NCBI RefSeq assembly: GCF_036365525.1
Contig: NC_090371.1
Location: 164,225,307 to 164,289,306 of the forward strand
Length of the DNA: 64,000 bases
Source: Heterodontus francisci
Lineage: Eukaryota
Direction of reading: 5' to 3'
Below the pieces are notes generated by a model, which was given only the letters and a program-made list of their open reading frames with translations, did not search any database and had not been told where the DNA came from. Shown piece by piece: positions 36,976 to 48,700 of this stretch. The position numbers were made by a program, and so were the translations under genes. Each line of letters opens with the position of its first letter. Position 1 is the stretch's first letter.

Positions 36976-38202
36976 CAATGTTTGTGATGTCCTTGGTAGC
37001 ATTAAAGATCAGAGCAGCTGTGAACCTTCTACAGTCACTGGCAATGCAGTACCTATAGTGGAGGTGGACTGTAGGTTACTTTGAAGACGTGACATAGCTT
37101 TTTGTGAAGCACAGCTTCCTCGAGCACTGTTCTTGGCTGAACTTTTTAGGATTTTATTTGGCTACTGCCTCTTTAAAACACATTGTACATAGTGAGTTTA
37201 ATAGCTATCTAAATTAGTCTTGCATCAAAGCCTGTTCTGAAGTACTGTTGAGAAGTTTGTCATAGTCTCCCTGGCAACAGGCTTCTAAGGGGAACTATTA
37301 CATAAAAATTACATTGTGGAAACCAGGTGTTTGAGCCAACAGGTCCATATTAATCTTTGTCCTCCCATGAGCAGTAATCCTAATCCCATTTGCCTGTTTA
37401 GTTTTCATTTCCCTTTTATTTCTGTCTGCTTTGACCACCTTTCAGATCTATTCATAAATGTTGATTATTCTTTGCTTCAATCAATGTCTCTGGCAATCCA
37501 TTCCAAGCCTCAAAACCCTCTTTGTTTTTTTTAAATAAATGTTTCTCGTGCTCTCCCTCCTAAATCTCTTGCGTTTGATCTTGTATCTATAACCGTTTGT
37601 TCTTAGCATCTTAATCAATGGAACCAGTCTGTTTCTGTCTATTCTGTCACAATGCTGCTTGACTTTTAAATACCTCCATCAAATCACCTCTTGATGTTCT
37701 TTGTTGTAACAAACATAGCCCTCATTTTTCAAGTCTTTTTGGTATTTTTATTTCCTCATAGCTAGCAGAATCTTAAGTCTGTATTGTGCTGTCTCTGGCT
37801 TAAGCATTCTTAATACTATGTAGAACCCAAAATTGCATAGTGCTCCACCTGTGATCTTACTAAGGTTTTATATAAATTCATTACTATATCTTAATCTTTA
37901 TATTTTATAGCACTGCCATAAAGCCTCATAGTTTTTTTCCAGCAATATACTTTATTCATAAATTTGTGAAAAAAACTGTTCAAATTTGACATTTTAGAAG
38001 ACAGCTTGAAATGATACCTGGACTTCGCCAGTGACCTTTGGCTGGAAGACGAGAAGAGTAGTCTGCAGCAGTGCATCTGTCTTCCTAAATCTCCCAAGTC
38101 TGATTTCAGTGAATGAGGGAAAGGAATAGAGTTCTGCACTGTTTCAAGTCTTCTTTTGGGCCTCCTTATCTCGAGAGACAATGGATACGCGCCTGGAGGT
38201 GG

Positions 38203-40446
38203 TCAGTGGTTTGTGAAGCAGCGCCTGGAGTGGCTATAAAGGCCAATTCTGGAGTGACAGGCTCTTCCACAGGTGCTGCAGAGAAATTTGTTTGTTGGGG
38301 CTGTTGCACAGTTGGCTCTCCCCTTGCGCCTCTGTCTTTGTTCCTGCCAACTACTAAGTCTCTTCGACTCGCCACAATTTAGCCCTGTCTTTATGGCTGC
38401 CCGCCAGCTCTGGCGAATGCTGGCAACTGACTCCCACGACTTGTGATCAATGTCACACGATTTCATGTCGCGTTTGCAGACGTCTTTATAACGGAGACAT
38501 GGACGGCCGGTGGGTCTGATACCAGTGGCGAGCTCGCTGTACAATGTGTCTTTGGGGATCCTGCCATCTTCCATGCGGCTCACATGGCCAAGCCATCTCA
38601 AGCGCCGCTGACTCAGTAGTGTGTACAAGTTGGGGATGTTGGCCGCTTCAAGGACTTCTGTGTTGGAGATATAGTCCTGCCACCTGATGCCAAGTATTCT
38701 CCGAAGGCAGCGAAGATGGAATGAATTGAGACGTCGCTCTTGGCTGGCATACGTTGTCCAGGCCTCGCTGCCGTAGAGCAAGGTACTGAGGACACAGGCC
38801 TGATACACTCGGACTTTTGTGTTCCGTGTCAGTGCGCCATTTTCCCACACTCTCTTGGCCAGTCTGAACATAGCAGTGGAAGCCTTACCCATGCGCTTGT
38901 TGATTTCTGCATCTAGAGACAGGTTACTGGTGATAGTTGAGCCTAGGTAGGTGAACTCTTGAACCACTTCCAGAGCGTGGTCGCCAATATTGATGGATGG
39001 AGCATTTCTGACATCCTGCCCCATGATGTTCGTTTTCTTGAGGCTGATGGTTAGGCCAAATTCATTGCAGGCAGACGCAAACCTGTCGATGAGACTCTGC
39101 AGGCATTCTTCAGTGTGAGATGTTAAAGCAGCATCGTCAGCAAAGAGGAGTTCTCTGATGAGGACTTTCCGTACTTTGGACTTCGCTCTTAGACGGGCAA
39201 GGTTGAACAACCTGCCCCCTGATCTTGTGTGGAGGAAAATTCCTTCTTCAGAGGATTTGAACGCATGTGAAAGCAGCAGGGAGAAGAAAATCTCAAAAAG
39301 TGTGGGTGCGAGAACACAGCCCTGTTTCACACCACTCAGGATAGGAAAGGGCTCTGATGAGGAGCCACCATGTTGAATTGTGCCTTTCATATTGTCATGG
39401 AATGAGGTGATGATACTTAGTAGCTTTGGTGGACATCCGATCTTTTCTAGTAGTCTGAAGAGACCACGTCTGCTGACGAGGTCAAAGGCTTTGGTGAGAT
39501 CAATGAAAGCAATGTAGAGGGGCATCTGTTGTTCACAGCATTTCTCCTGTATCTGACGAAGGGAGAACAGCATGTCGATAGTCGATCTCTCTGCACGAAA
39601 GCCACACTGTGCCTCAGGGTAGACGCGCTCGGCCAGCTTCTGGAGCCTGTTCAGAGCGACTCGAGCAAAGACTTTCCCCACTATGCTGAGCAGGGAGATT
39701 CCACGGTAGTTGTTGCAGTCACCGCGGTCACCTTTGTTTTTATAGAGGGTGATGATGTTGGCATCGCGCATGTCCTGGGGTACTGCTCCCTCGTCCCAGC
39801 ACAGGCATAGCAGTTCATGTAGTGCTGAGAGTATAGCAGGCTTGGCACTCTTGATTATTTCAGGGGTAATGCTGTCCTTCCCAGGGGCTTTTCCGCTGGC
39901 TAGGGAATCAATGGCATCACTGAGTTCCGATTTGGTTGGCTGTATGTCCAGCTCATCCATGACTGGTAGAGGCTGGGCTGCATTGAGGGCAGTCTCAGTG
40001 ACAGCATTCTCCCTGGAGTACAGTTCTAGGTAGTGCTCAACCCAGCGGTCCATCTGTTTGCGTTGGTCAGTGATTATGTCCCCCGATTTAGATTTGAGGG
40101 GGGTGATCTTCTTGATGGTTGGCCCAAGAGCTCTCTTCATGCCATCATACATTCCTCTGATGTTTCCGGTGTCTGAGGCCAGCTGAATATGACTGCATAG
40201 GTGTTGCCAGTAGTCGTTTGCGCAACGCCTAGCTGTTCTTTGTGCAGTACTTCTGGCTGCTTTAAGTGCTGCGGATGTTAAATCGCTGGGGGCTTTCTTG
40301 TAGTTCAAAAGTGCAATGCGCTTAGCGGCTATGACAGGTTCCAGCTCTTCATTATGAGATTGAAACCAGTCTGCATTTCTCTTCGCACTTTTGCCGTAGG
40401 TGGTCAAAGCTGACTCATAGATGGCGTCTCTGATGTGGGCCCACTT
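38203..40446 (-). CDS. RTE polyprotein, RT + C-terminal C2H2 zinc finger (747 aa, open)
   Basis: NYRGISLLS, AFIDLTKAFD, GVKQGCVLAP, LLFADD, FTYLGS, CSTCGRACHSRIGLYSH. Confidence 0.92.
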   Translation of the reverse strand, partial: KWAHIRDAIYESALTTYGKSAKRNADWFQSHNEELEPVIAAKRIALLNYKKAPSDLTSAALKAARSTAQRTARRCANDYWQHLCSHIQLASDTGNIRGMYDGMKRALGPTIKKITPLKSKSGDIITDQRKQMDRWVEHYLELYSRENAVTETALNAAQPLPVMDELDIQPTKSELSDAIDSLASGKAPGKDSITPEIIKSAKPAILSALHELLCLCWDEGAVPQDMRDANIITLYKNKGDRGDCNNYRGISLLSIVGKVFARVALNRLQKLAERVYPEAQCGFRAERSTIDMLFSLRQIQEKCCEQQMPLYIAFIDLTKAFDLVSRRGLFRLLEKIGCPPKLLSIITSFHDNMKGTIQHGGSSSEPFPILSGVKQGCVLAPTLFEIFFSLLLSHAFKSSEEGIFLHTRSGGRLFNLARLRAKSKVRKVLIRELLFADDAALTSHTEECLQSLIDRFASACNEFGLTISLKKTNIMGQDVRNAPSINIGDHALEVVQEFTYLGSTITSNLSLDAEINKRMGKASTAMFRLAKRVWENGALTRNTKVRVYQACVLSTLLYGSEAWTTYASQERRLNSFHLRCLRRILGIRWQDYISNTEVLEAANIPNLYTLLSQRRLRWLGHVSRMEDGRIPKDTLYSELATGIRPTGRPCLRYKDVCKRDMKSCDIDHKSWESVASIRQSWRAAIKTGLNCGESKRLSSWQEQRQRRKGRANCATAPTNKFLCSTCGRACHSRIGLYSHSRRCFTNH

Positions 40447-40482
40447 GCCCGAAAGGTGGACTGATACACCGCACCAAACAAC

Positions 40483-41568
40483 ATGAAAAAAGGAAAGAAG
40501 GTACCAGCCCTTCGCTTTGCAAGCTGGAACGTCAGAACTATGTGTCCTGGCCTGTCGGAAGACCTTACACAAATCAACGATTCTCGGAAGACCGCCATCA
40601 TTAACAACGAGCTCAGTAGACTCAATGTGGACATTGCAGCACTTCAGGAGACTCACCTCCCCGCGAGTGGCTCTCTAGCAGAGCAAGACTACACCTTCTT
40701 CTGGCAGGGCAGGGATCCTGAAGAACCAAGACAGCATGGAGTGGGCTTCGCCATCAGAAACTCCTTGCTCAGCATGATAGAGCCTCCCTCAAATGGCTCG
40801 GAACGCATACTGTCCATCCGACTGCTCACCACCTCTGGTCCAGTACACCTACTCAGCATCTATGCTCCAACACTCTGTTCCGCACCTGAAGCTAAAGACC
40901 AGTTCTATGAACAACTCCATAACATCATTAGCAGCATCCCCAACACCGAACACCTATTCCTGCTGGGGGACTTTAATGCCAGGGTTGGGGCCGACCATGA
41001 CTCATGGCCCTCCTGCCTTGGGCGCTATGGCGTTGGAAGGATGAATGAGAACGGGCAGAGACTGCTTGAGTTGTGTACCTATCACAACCTCTGCATCACC
41101 AACTCGTTCTTTCACACTAAACCCTGTCACCAGGTTTCATGGAGGCACCCAAGATCACGTCGTTGGCACCAGCTGGACCTCATTGTCACAAGGCGAGCCG
41201 CCTTAAACAGTGTTCAAATCACACGCAGCTTCCACAGTGCGGACTGCGACACCGACCACTCCCTGGTGTGCAGCAAGGTTAGACTCAGACCAAAGAAGTT
41301 GCATCATTCCAAGCAGAAGGGCCACCCGCGCATCAACACGAGCAGAATTTCTCACCCACAGCTGTTACAAAAATTTCTAAATTCACTTGTAATAGCCCTT
41401 CAAAACACTCCCACAGGGGATGCTGAGACCAAGTGGGCCCACATCAGAGACGCCATCTATGAGTCAGCTTTGACCACCTACGGCAAAAGTGCGAAGAGAA
41501 ATGCAGACTGGTTTCAATCTCATAATGAAGAGCTGGAACCTGTCATAGCCGCTAAGCGCATTGCACTT
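40483..41568 (+). CDS. RTE polyprotein N-terminal AP endonuclease (inverted segment, open)
   Basis: ASWNVRTM, DIAALQET, SIYAPT, LLGDFNARVG, LDLI, DTDHSLV. Confidence 0.92.
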
Positions 41569-42247
41569 TTTCAAGTCTTAATCCTGGAGAAAAGCATACT
41601 AAACAGAGGACACTTTTAATCCATCAGACCTAAATGCATGTTATCGTTTTAATCTGTCTTATGTGTGTGTGTCTGCATGCATGTGAGAGTGGGTGAAGTT
41701 GCATACATTCTCTGATCTTGTATAATAACCATTTATCTATCTTTCAAACTTACGAGAAAATCTGTCATTTGTCTGGTTTGTTAACCATTAAAACGCTTGG
41801 GATAAAACAATGTTTTTAACAAAACGCTGTCTTTGGTCAGCTGAGGGGTGAAAAAGGGGCAACCATTCCTATCAACTCCCACCTGTCCATAAAAATGTCT
41901 TCTGATATATCTTTCAGTCTTTCCCCCACTTGTAACTCTTCAATTTGATTCTCTTATACCCTCTGCATTTCTCCTGCCTGCTATCCTTTTTTTGTTTTAT
42001 TTTTTTTAATTTGGGTATTTCATCTTAACTATTTCTACCCCTTCTACTTAATCTTCAGGTGTTTTTATTTTCCCTGCTTCTTTCTTTCGTAATTTAAAAT
42101 GATTCTCCACTTCCCTGTATCTGACTTCTGTCTGATGTTTGAAAACAAATTGTGTAATAGTAGATCATCATGTTCATGGTCATATCTTAATTTATTTTGA
42201 TGTAGAAAAGATAAGATCCATGTGTGTAGAAAAAGTAAATTATTGAT

Positions 42248-44832
42248 CTTCTTTGGCCTCCTTGTCTTGAGAGACAATGGGTAAGCGCCTGGAGGTGGTC
42301 AGTGGTTTGTGAAGCAACGCCTGGAGTGGCTATAAAGGCCAATTCTAGAGTGACAGACTCTTCCACAGGTGCTGCAGATAAAATTGGTTGTCGGGGCTGT
42401 TACACAGTTGGCTCTCACCTTGCGCTTCTGTCTTTTTTCCTGCCAACTGCTAAGTCTCTTCGACTTGCCACATTTTAGCCCCGCCTTTATGGCTGCCCGC
42501 CAGCTCTGGCGATCGCTGGCAACTGACTCCCACGACTTGTGGTCAATATCACAGGACTTCATGTTGCGTTTGCAGACATCTTTAAAGCGGAGACATGGAT
42601 GGCCAGTGGATCTGATGCCAGTGACGAGCTTGCTGTACGATGCGTCCTTGGGGATCCTGCCATCTTCCATGCAGCTCACATGGCCAAACCATCTCTGGTG
42701 CCGCTGGCTCAGTAGGGTGTATATGCTGGGGATGTTGGCCGCCTCGAGGACTTCCGTGTTGGAGATGCGGTCCTGCCACCTGATGCCAAGGATTCTCCGG
42801 AGGCAGCGAAGATGGAATGAATTGAGACGTCGCTCTTGGCTGACATGCATTGTCCAGGCCTCGCTGCCGTAGAGCAAGGTACTGAGGGCACAGGCTTGAT
42901 ACACTCGGACTTTTGTGTTCCGTGTCAGTGCGCCATTTTCCCACACCCTCTTGGCCAGTCTGGACATAGCAGCAGACACCTTTCCCATGCGCTTGTTGAT
43001 TTCTGCATCGAGAGACATGTTACTGGTGATAGTTGAGCCTAGGTAGGTGAACTCTTGAACCACTTCCAGAGCGTGGTCGTCGATATTGATGGATGGAGCA
43101 TTTTGACATCCTGTCCCATGATGTTCGTTTTCTTGAGGCTGATGGTTAGGCCAAACTTGTTGCAGGCAGCCGCAATCCTGTCCATGAGTCTCTGCAGACA
43201 CTCTCTTCAGTGTGAGATGTCAATGCAGCATTGTCAGCAAAGAGGAGTTCCCTGATTAGGACTTTCCATACTTTGGTCTTCGCTCTTAGACGGGCAAGGT
43301 TGAACAACCTGCCACTGATCCTGTGTGGAGGAAAATTCCTTCCGAAGACTTGAACGCATGTGAGAGCAGCAGGGAGAAAAAGATCCCCAACAGTGTAGGT
43401 GCGAAAACAGAGCCCTGTTTCACGCCACTCAGAATAGGAAAGGGGTCTGATGAGGCGCCGCTATGCTTTCATATTGTCATGGAATGAGGTGATACTTAGT
43501 AGCTTTGGTGGACATCCAATCTTTTCTAGTAATCTGAAGAGACCACATCTGCTGATGAGGTCAAAGGCTTTGGTGAGATCAATGAAAGCAACGTAGAGGG
43601 GCGTCTGATGTTCGCGGCATTTTTCCTGTAGCTGGTGAAGGGAGAACAGCATGTCAATGGTGGATCTCTCTGCTCGAAAGCCACACTGTGCCTTAGGGTA
43701 GACACGCTCAGCCAGTTTCTGGAGCCTGTTTAAAGCGACTTGAGCGAAGACTTCCCTACTATGCTGAGCAGGGAGACTCCACGGTAGTTGTTGCAGTCAC
43801 CCTTGTTATAGAGGGTGATGATATTGGCATCGCGCATGTCCTATGGTACTGCTCCCTCGTCCCTGCTTGAGTTGTGTACCTAACATAACCTCTGCATCAC
43901 CAACTCGTTCTTTCATACTGAACCCTGTCACCAGGTTTCTTGGAGGCACCCAAGATCACATCATTGGCACCAGCTGGACCTCGTCGTCACAAGGCGAGCC
44001 TCTTTAAATAGCGTTCAAATCACACACAGCTTCCACAGTGCGGACTGCGACACCGACCACTCCCTGATGTTTTAGCAAGGTTAGACTTGAACCAAAGAAG
44101 CTGCATCACTCCAAGCAGAAGGGCCGCCCACGCATCAACACTAACAGAATTTCTTATTCACAGCTGTTATGTAAGTTTCTAAATTCACTTGAAAAAGCCC
44201 TTCAAAACACTCCTACAGGGGATGCAGAGACCAAGTGGGCCCACATCAGAGATGCCGTCTATGACTCCGCAATGACCACCTATAGCAAACATGTGAAGCA
44301 GAATGCAGACTGGTTTCAATCTCCCTTTTTTGAAGAGCTGGAACCTGTCATAGCCGCTAAGTGCATTGCACTGCTGAACTACAAGAAAGCCCCCAGCGAG
44401 TTAACGTCCGTAGCACTTAAAGTAGCTAGAAGCGCTGCACAAAGAACACCCAGGCGCTGCACAAATGACTACTGGCAACACCTATGCAGTCATATTCAGC
44501 TGGCCTCTGACACCGGAAACATCAAGAAGCTCGCCCCCTGAAGTCTAAATCAGGGGACATGATCACTGACCAGCACAAGCCAATGGACCGCTGGGTGGAG
44601 CACTACCTAGAACTGTACTCCAGGGAGCATGTTGTCACTGATACCGCCCTCAATGCAGCCCAGTCTCTGCCAGTCATGGATGAGCTGGACGTACAACCAA
44701 CAAAATCGGAACTCAGTGATGCCATTGATTCTCTAGCCAGTGGAAAAGCCCCTGGGAAGGACGGCATTACCCCTGAAATAATCAAGAGTGCCAAGCCTGC
44801 TATACTTTCAGCACTCTACGAACTGCTTTGCC
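42248..44832 (-). mobile_element. Older RTE-clade LINE, 5'-truncated and 5'-inverted, decayed
   Basis: 42248-43862 on minus (tail, zinc finger, RT); 43863-44832 on plus (LLELCT..NLC to YELLC); frameshifts; degenerate TSD AAATTATTGAT/AAATCGTTGCT. Confidence 0.9.
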
Positions 44833-45369
44833 AAATCGTTGCTAATACCCTACATTTTAGTGGAGAAGTTGGAGAAAGTATAACTACTAGATTTCATAAG
44901 TGGTTAATCATGAAGATTTTTCAATGTAAATCAGCTTTTTCAAAACCAGAAAAAGAGAGAAGTCACGGTGAATACTTAGACATTCATATTATTTGACGCA
45001 TTCCATCTAAAAGGCAGTTAATTAATACTACCAAAAATGTTCTGTATTACTGTGTATCCTTAATTAACCATAAATGGATAAAATATCCTTTTGGGGAGTT
45101 GAACATTGAAGCCCTTCCGCGATTATATTATTTAACTGCCAGGGTCCTTCATTGGTCCACTAGAGAAAAATAGTAGTGTAGTGATGATTTTTTTTCTTGT
45201 TTTGGACTAACTGGATGTTTTTGAACTGTAATTGCAAACAGAATCACACAAGACCTTTTATCATATGGAAAGATGGAGTGGAGTGGGTTTTTACACAGTG
45301 GAACTAAACATTCTATCATTATGGCAAAAATGACATTGCTGTTACAAAAATGGTTGTGTGTATTTGTGG

Positions 45370-45560
45370 AGGTTAGAGGGGTGCTGTGTGTATGGGGTGG
45401 GGAGAGGGGTGCAGTGTGCGCGTGGGGGGGGGCCAGGGGCATTAAGAGTATATAGGGTCGACAGGGATGCTGTATGTGTATGTCTGGGGGAGGAGGGGCG
45501 CTGTGTATCGCGAGGGGTGGGCGTGCAGTGTGTGGGGGGTTCAGGGGTGCAGTGTGTGTA
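45370..45560. repeat. G/T-rich low-complexity tract
   Basis: Degenerate GGGGTGCAGTGTGTG units. Confidence 0.6.
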
Positions 45561-45719
45561 TCCTATAGTAAGTAAATCATGGGAAGTTTCACTTTTTTCC
45601 CTCAAATTTGGGAGGAAATCCATTTTAATCAATTCATGGCCCCTAAAGAATCTGGGAATTTACTGGTGAAAGTTGGGGAAAAACTGATTGTAAAGGTCTC
45701 TATGTATATGTTACATCAC

Positions 45720-48700
45720 TTTTTTTTCATTCATTCATGGGATGTGGGAATTGCTCACATTTATTTCCCATCTCTAATTGCCCTTGAGAAGGTGGTGGTG
45801 AGCTGCTGCCTTGAACCGCTGCAGTCCATGAAGTGTAGGTACACCCACAGTGCTGTTAGGAAGAGAGTTCCAAGATTTTGACCCAGCGACAGTGAAAGAA
45901 CGGTGATCTAGTTCCAAATCAGGATGCTGTGTGACTTGGAGGGGAACTTGCAGGTGGTGGTGTTCCCATGCATTTGCGGCCCTTGTCCTAATTGGTAGAA
46001 GTTGCGGGTTTGGAAGGTGCTGTCAAAGGAGCCTTGATGCGTTGCTGCAGTGCATCTTGTAGATGGTACACACTGGCACCCCATCCACAAACATTCGCTC
46101 CCTTCACCGACGCACAGTGGCAGCAATCAAGAGGGCTGCTTTGTCCTCTGGTGTCGAGCTTCTTGAGTGTTGTTGGAGCTGCACCTATCCAGGAAAGTGG
46201 AGAGTATTCCATCACACTCCTGACTTGTGCCTTTGTAGATGGTGGATAGGCTTTGGGGAGTCGGGAGATGCATTACTCGCCGCAGGATTCCTAACCTCTG
46301 ACCTGCTCTTGTAGCCACGGTATTTAGATGGTTACTCCAGTTCAGTTTCTGGTCAATGGTAGTCCCTAGGATGTTGATTAGTGTGGGATTCAGCGATCGT
46401 AATGCCATTGAATGTCAAGAGTGAATGATTGGATTCTTTCTTGTTGGAGATGGTTATTGCCTGGCACTTGTGTAGTGTGAATGTTACTTGCTACTTTTCA
46501 GCCCAAGCCTGGATGTTGTCCATGTCTTACTGCATTTCTACACAGACTGCTTCAGTATCAGGGGTCACGAATGGTCCTGAACATTGTGCAATCATCAGCG
46601 AACAGCCCCACTTCTGACCTTATGATTGAAGGAAGGTCATTGATGAAGCAGCTGAAGATGGTTGGGCCCAGGGCACTACCCCGAGGAACGCCTGAAGTGA
46701 TGTCCTGGAGCTCCGATGATTGTCCTGCAACAACCATAACCATCTTTCTTTGCGTTAGGTATGACTCTTCCAACCAGCGGAGAGTTTTCCCCCTAATTCC
46801 CATTGACTTCAGTTTTGCTAGGGCTCCTTGATGCCATACTCGGTCAAATGCTGCCTTGATGTCAAGGGCAGTCACTCTCAGCTCACCTCTTGAGTTCAGC
46901 TCTTTTGTCCATGTTTGAACCAAGGCTGTATTGAGGTCAGGAGCTGAGTGGCCCTGGCGGAACCCACAGTGAGCGTCACTGAGCAGGTTATTGCTAAGCA
47001 AGTGCTTCTTGATAGCACTGTTGATGACGTCTGCCATCACTTTACTGATGATTGAGAGTAGACTGATGGGGCGGTAATTGGCCGGGTTGGACTTGTCTTG
47101 GTTTTTGTGTACAAGACATACCTGGGGAATTTTCCACATTTCCGGGTAAGTGCCAGTGTTGTAGCTGTACTAGAACAGATTGGCTAGGGGCACGGCAAGT
47201 TCTGGAACACTGGTCTTCAGTACTATTGCTGGAATATTGTCAGGGCCTGTAACCTTTGCAGTATCCAGTGCCTTCAGTCGTTTCTTGATATCATGCAGGG
47301 TGAATTGAATTCTCTGAGGTCTGGCATCTGTGATGCTGGGGACTTCAGGAGGAGGCAGAGATGGATCACCAACTCGGCACTTCATTGCTGAAGATTGTTG
47401 CAAATGCTTCAGCCTTCTCTTTTGCACTGATGTGCTGGGCTCCCCCATCATTGAGGATGGGGATTTTGTGGAGCCACCTGCTCCAGTTAGTAGTTTAATG
47501 GTCCACCACCATTCACTGCTGGATGTAGCTGGACTGCAGAGCTTTGATCTGATCACTTAGGTGTGTCTATTGCATGCTGCTTATGCAGTTTGGCATGCAA
47601 GCAGTCCTCTGTTGTAGCTTCACCAGGTTGACCCCTCATTTCTAGGTATGTCTGTTGCTGCTCCTAGCATGCCCTCCTGGACTCTTCATTGAACCAGGGT
47701 TGGTCTCCTGGCTTGATGGTAATGGTAGAGTGGGGGATAGGCTGGGCCATGAGGTTATAGATTGTGGTTGAGTACAATTCTGCTGCTGATGGCACACGGC
47801 GCCTCATGGATGCCAAGTTTTGCATTGCGAGATCTGTTCGAAATCTATTTAGCACGGTGATAGTGCCACACAACACAATGGATGGTGACCTCGTCTCCAC
47901 AAGGGCTGTGCAGTGGTCACTTCTACCAATATTGTCATGGGCAGATGCATCTGCAGCAGGCAGATTGATGAGGACGAGGTCAAGTATGGTTTTTCCCTCT
48001 CGTTGGTTCCCTCACCACTGCCGCAGACCCAGTCTAGCAGCTATGTCCTTTAGGACTCAGCCAGCTGGGTCAGTAGTGGTGCTACAGAGCCACTCTTGTT
48101 GATGGACATTGAAGTCCCCCACCCAGAGTACATTCTGCGCCCTTGCCACCCTCGGTGCTTCCTCCAAGTGGTGTTCAACATGGTGGAGTACTGAGTCATC
48201 AGCTGAGGGAGGGCAGTAGGTGGTAATCAGCAGGAGGCTTCCTTGCCCATGTTTGACCTGATGCCATGAGACTTCATGGGGTCCAGAGTTGGTGTTGAGG
48301 CCTCCCAGGGCAACTCCGTCCCGACTCTGTACTACTGTGCCATCCCCTCTGCTGGGTCTGTCCTGCCTGTGGGACAGGACATACCCGGGGATGGTGATGT
48401 CTGGGACATTGTCTGTAAGGTATGATATCGTGAGTATGACTATTGCTTGCTGTTGCTTGACTAGTCTGTGGGGCAGCTCTCCCAACTTTGGTACAAGCCC
48501 CCAGCTGTTAATAAGGAAGACTTTGCAGGGTTGACAGGGCTGGGTTTGCCGTTGTCGTTTCCATTGCCTAGGTTGATGCCGGGTGGTCCGTCCAGTTTCA
48601 TTCTTTTTTTATTGACTTCATAGCGGTTAGTTACAACTGAGTGGCTTTCTAGGCCATTTCAGAGGGCATGTATGAGTCACCCACATTGCTGTGGGTCTTG

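Larger units (their letters stand above)
38153..41568 (-). mobile_element. Young RTE-clade LINE with inverted 5' part (RT/zinc finger on -, AP endonuclease on +)
   Basis: AAG-repeat tail at left end; TSD TTTCAAGTCTT (38142-38152, 41569-41579), extendable to TGCACT[G/T]TTTCAAGTCTT; both ORF halves free of stops. Confidence 0.95.

Noticed and set aside
40447-40656. N-terminal ~70 aa of the 817-aa ORF (MSLLKCCNVH...) as a novel RT leader domain
   Set aside because: It is the antisense of the inverted endonuclease segment and is open by chance; RTE homology begins at KWAHIRD.
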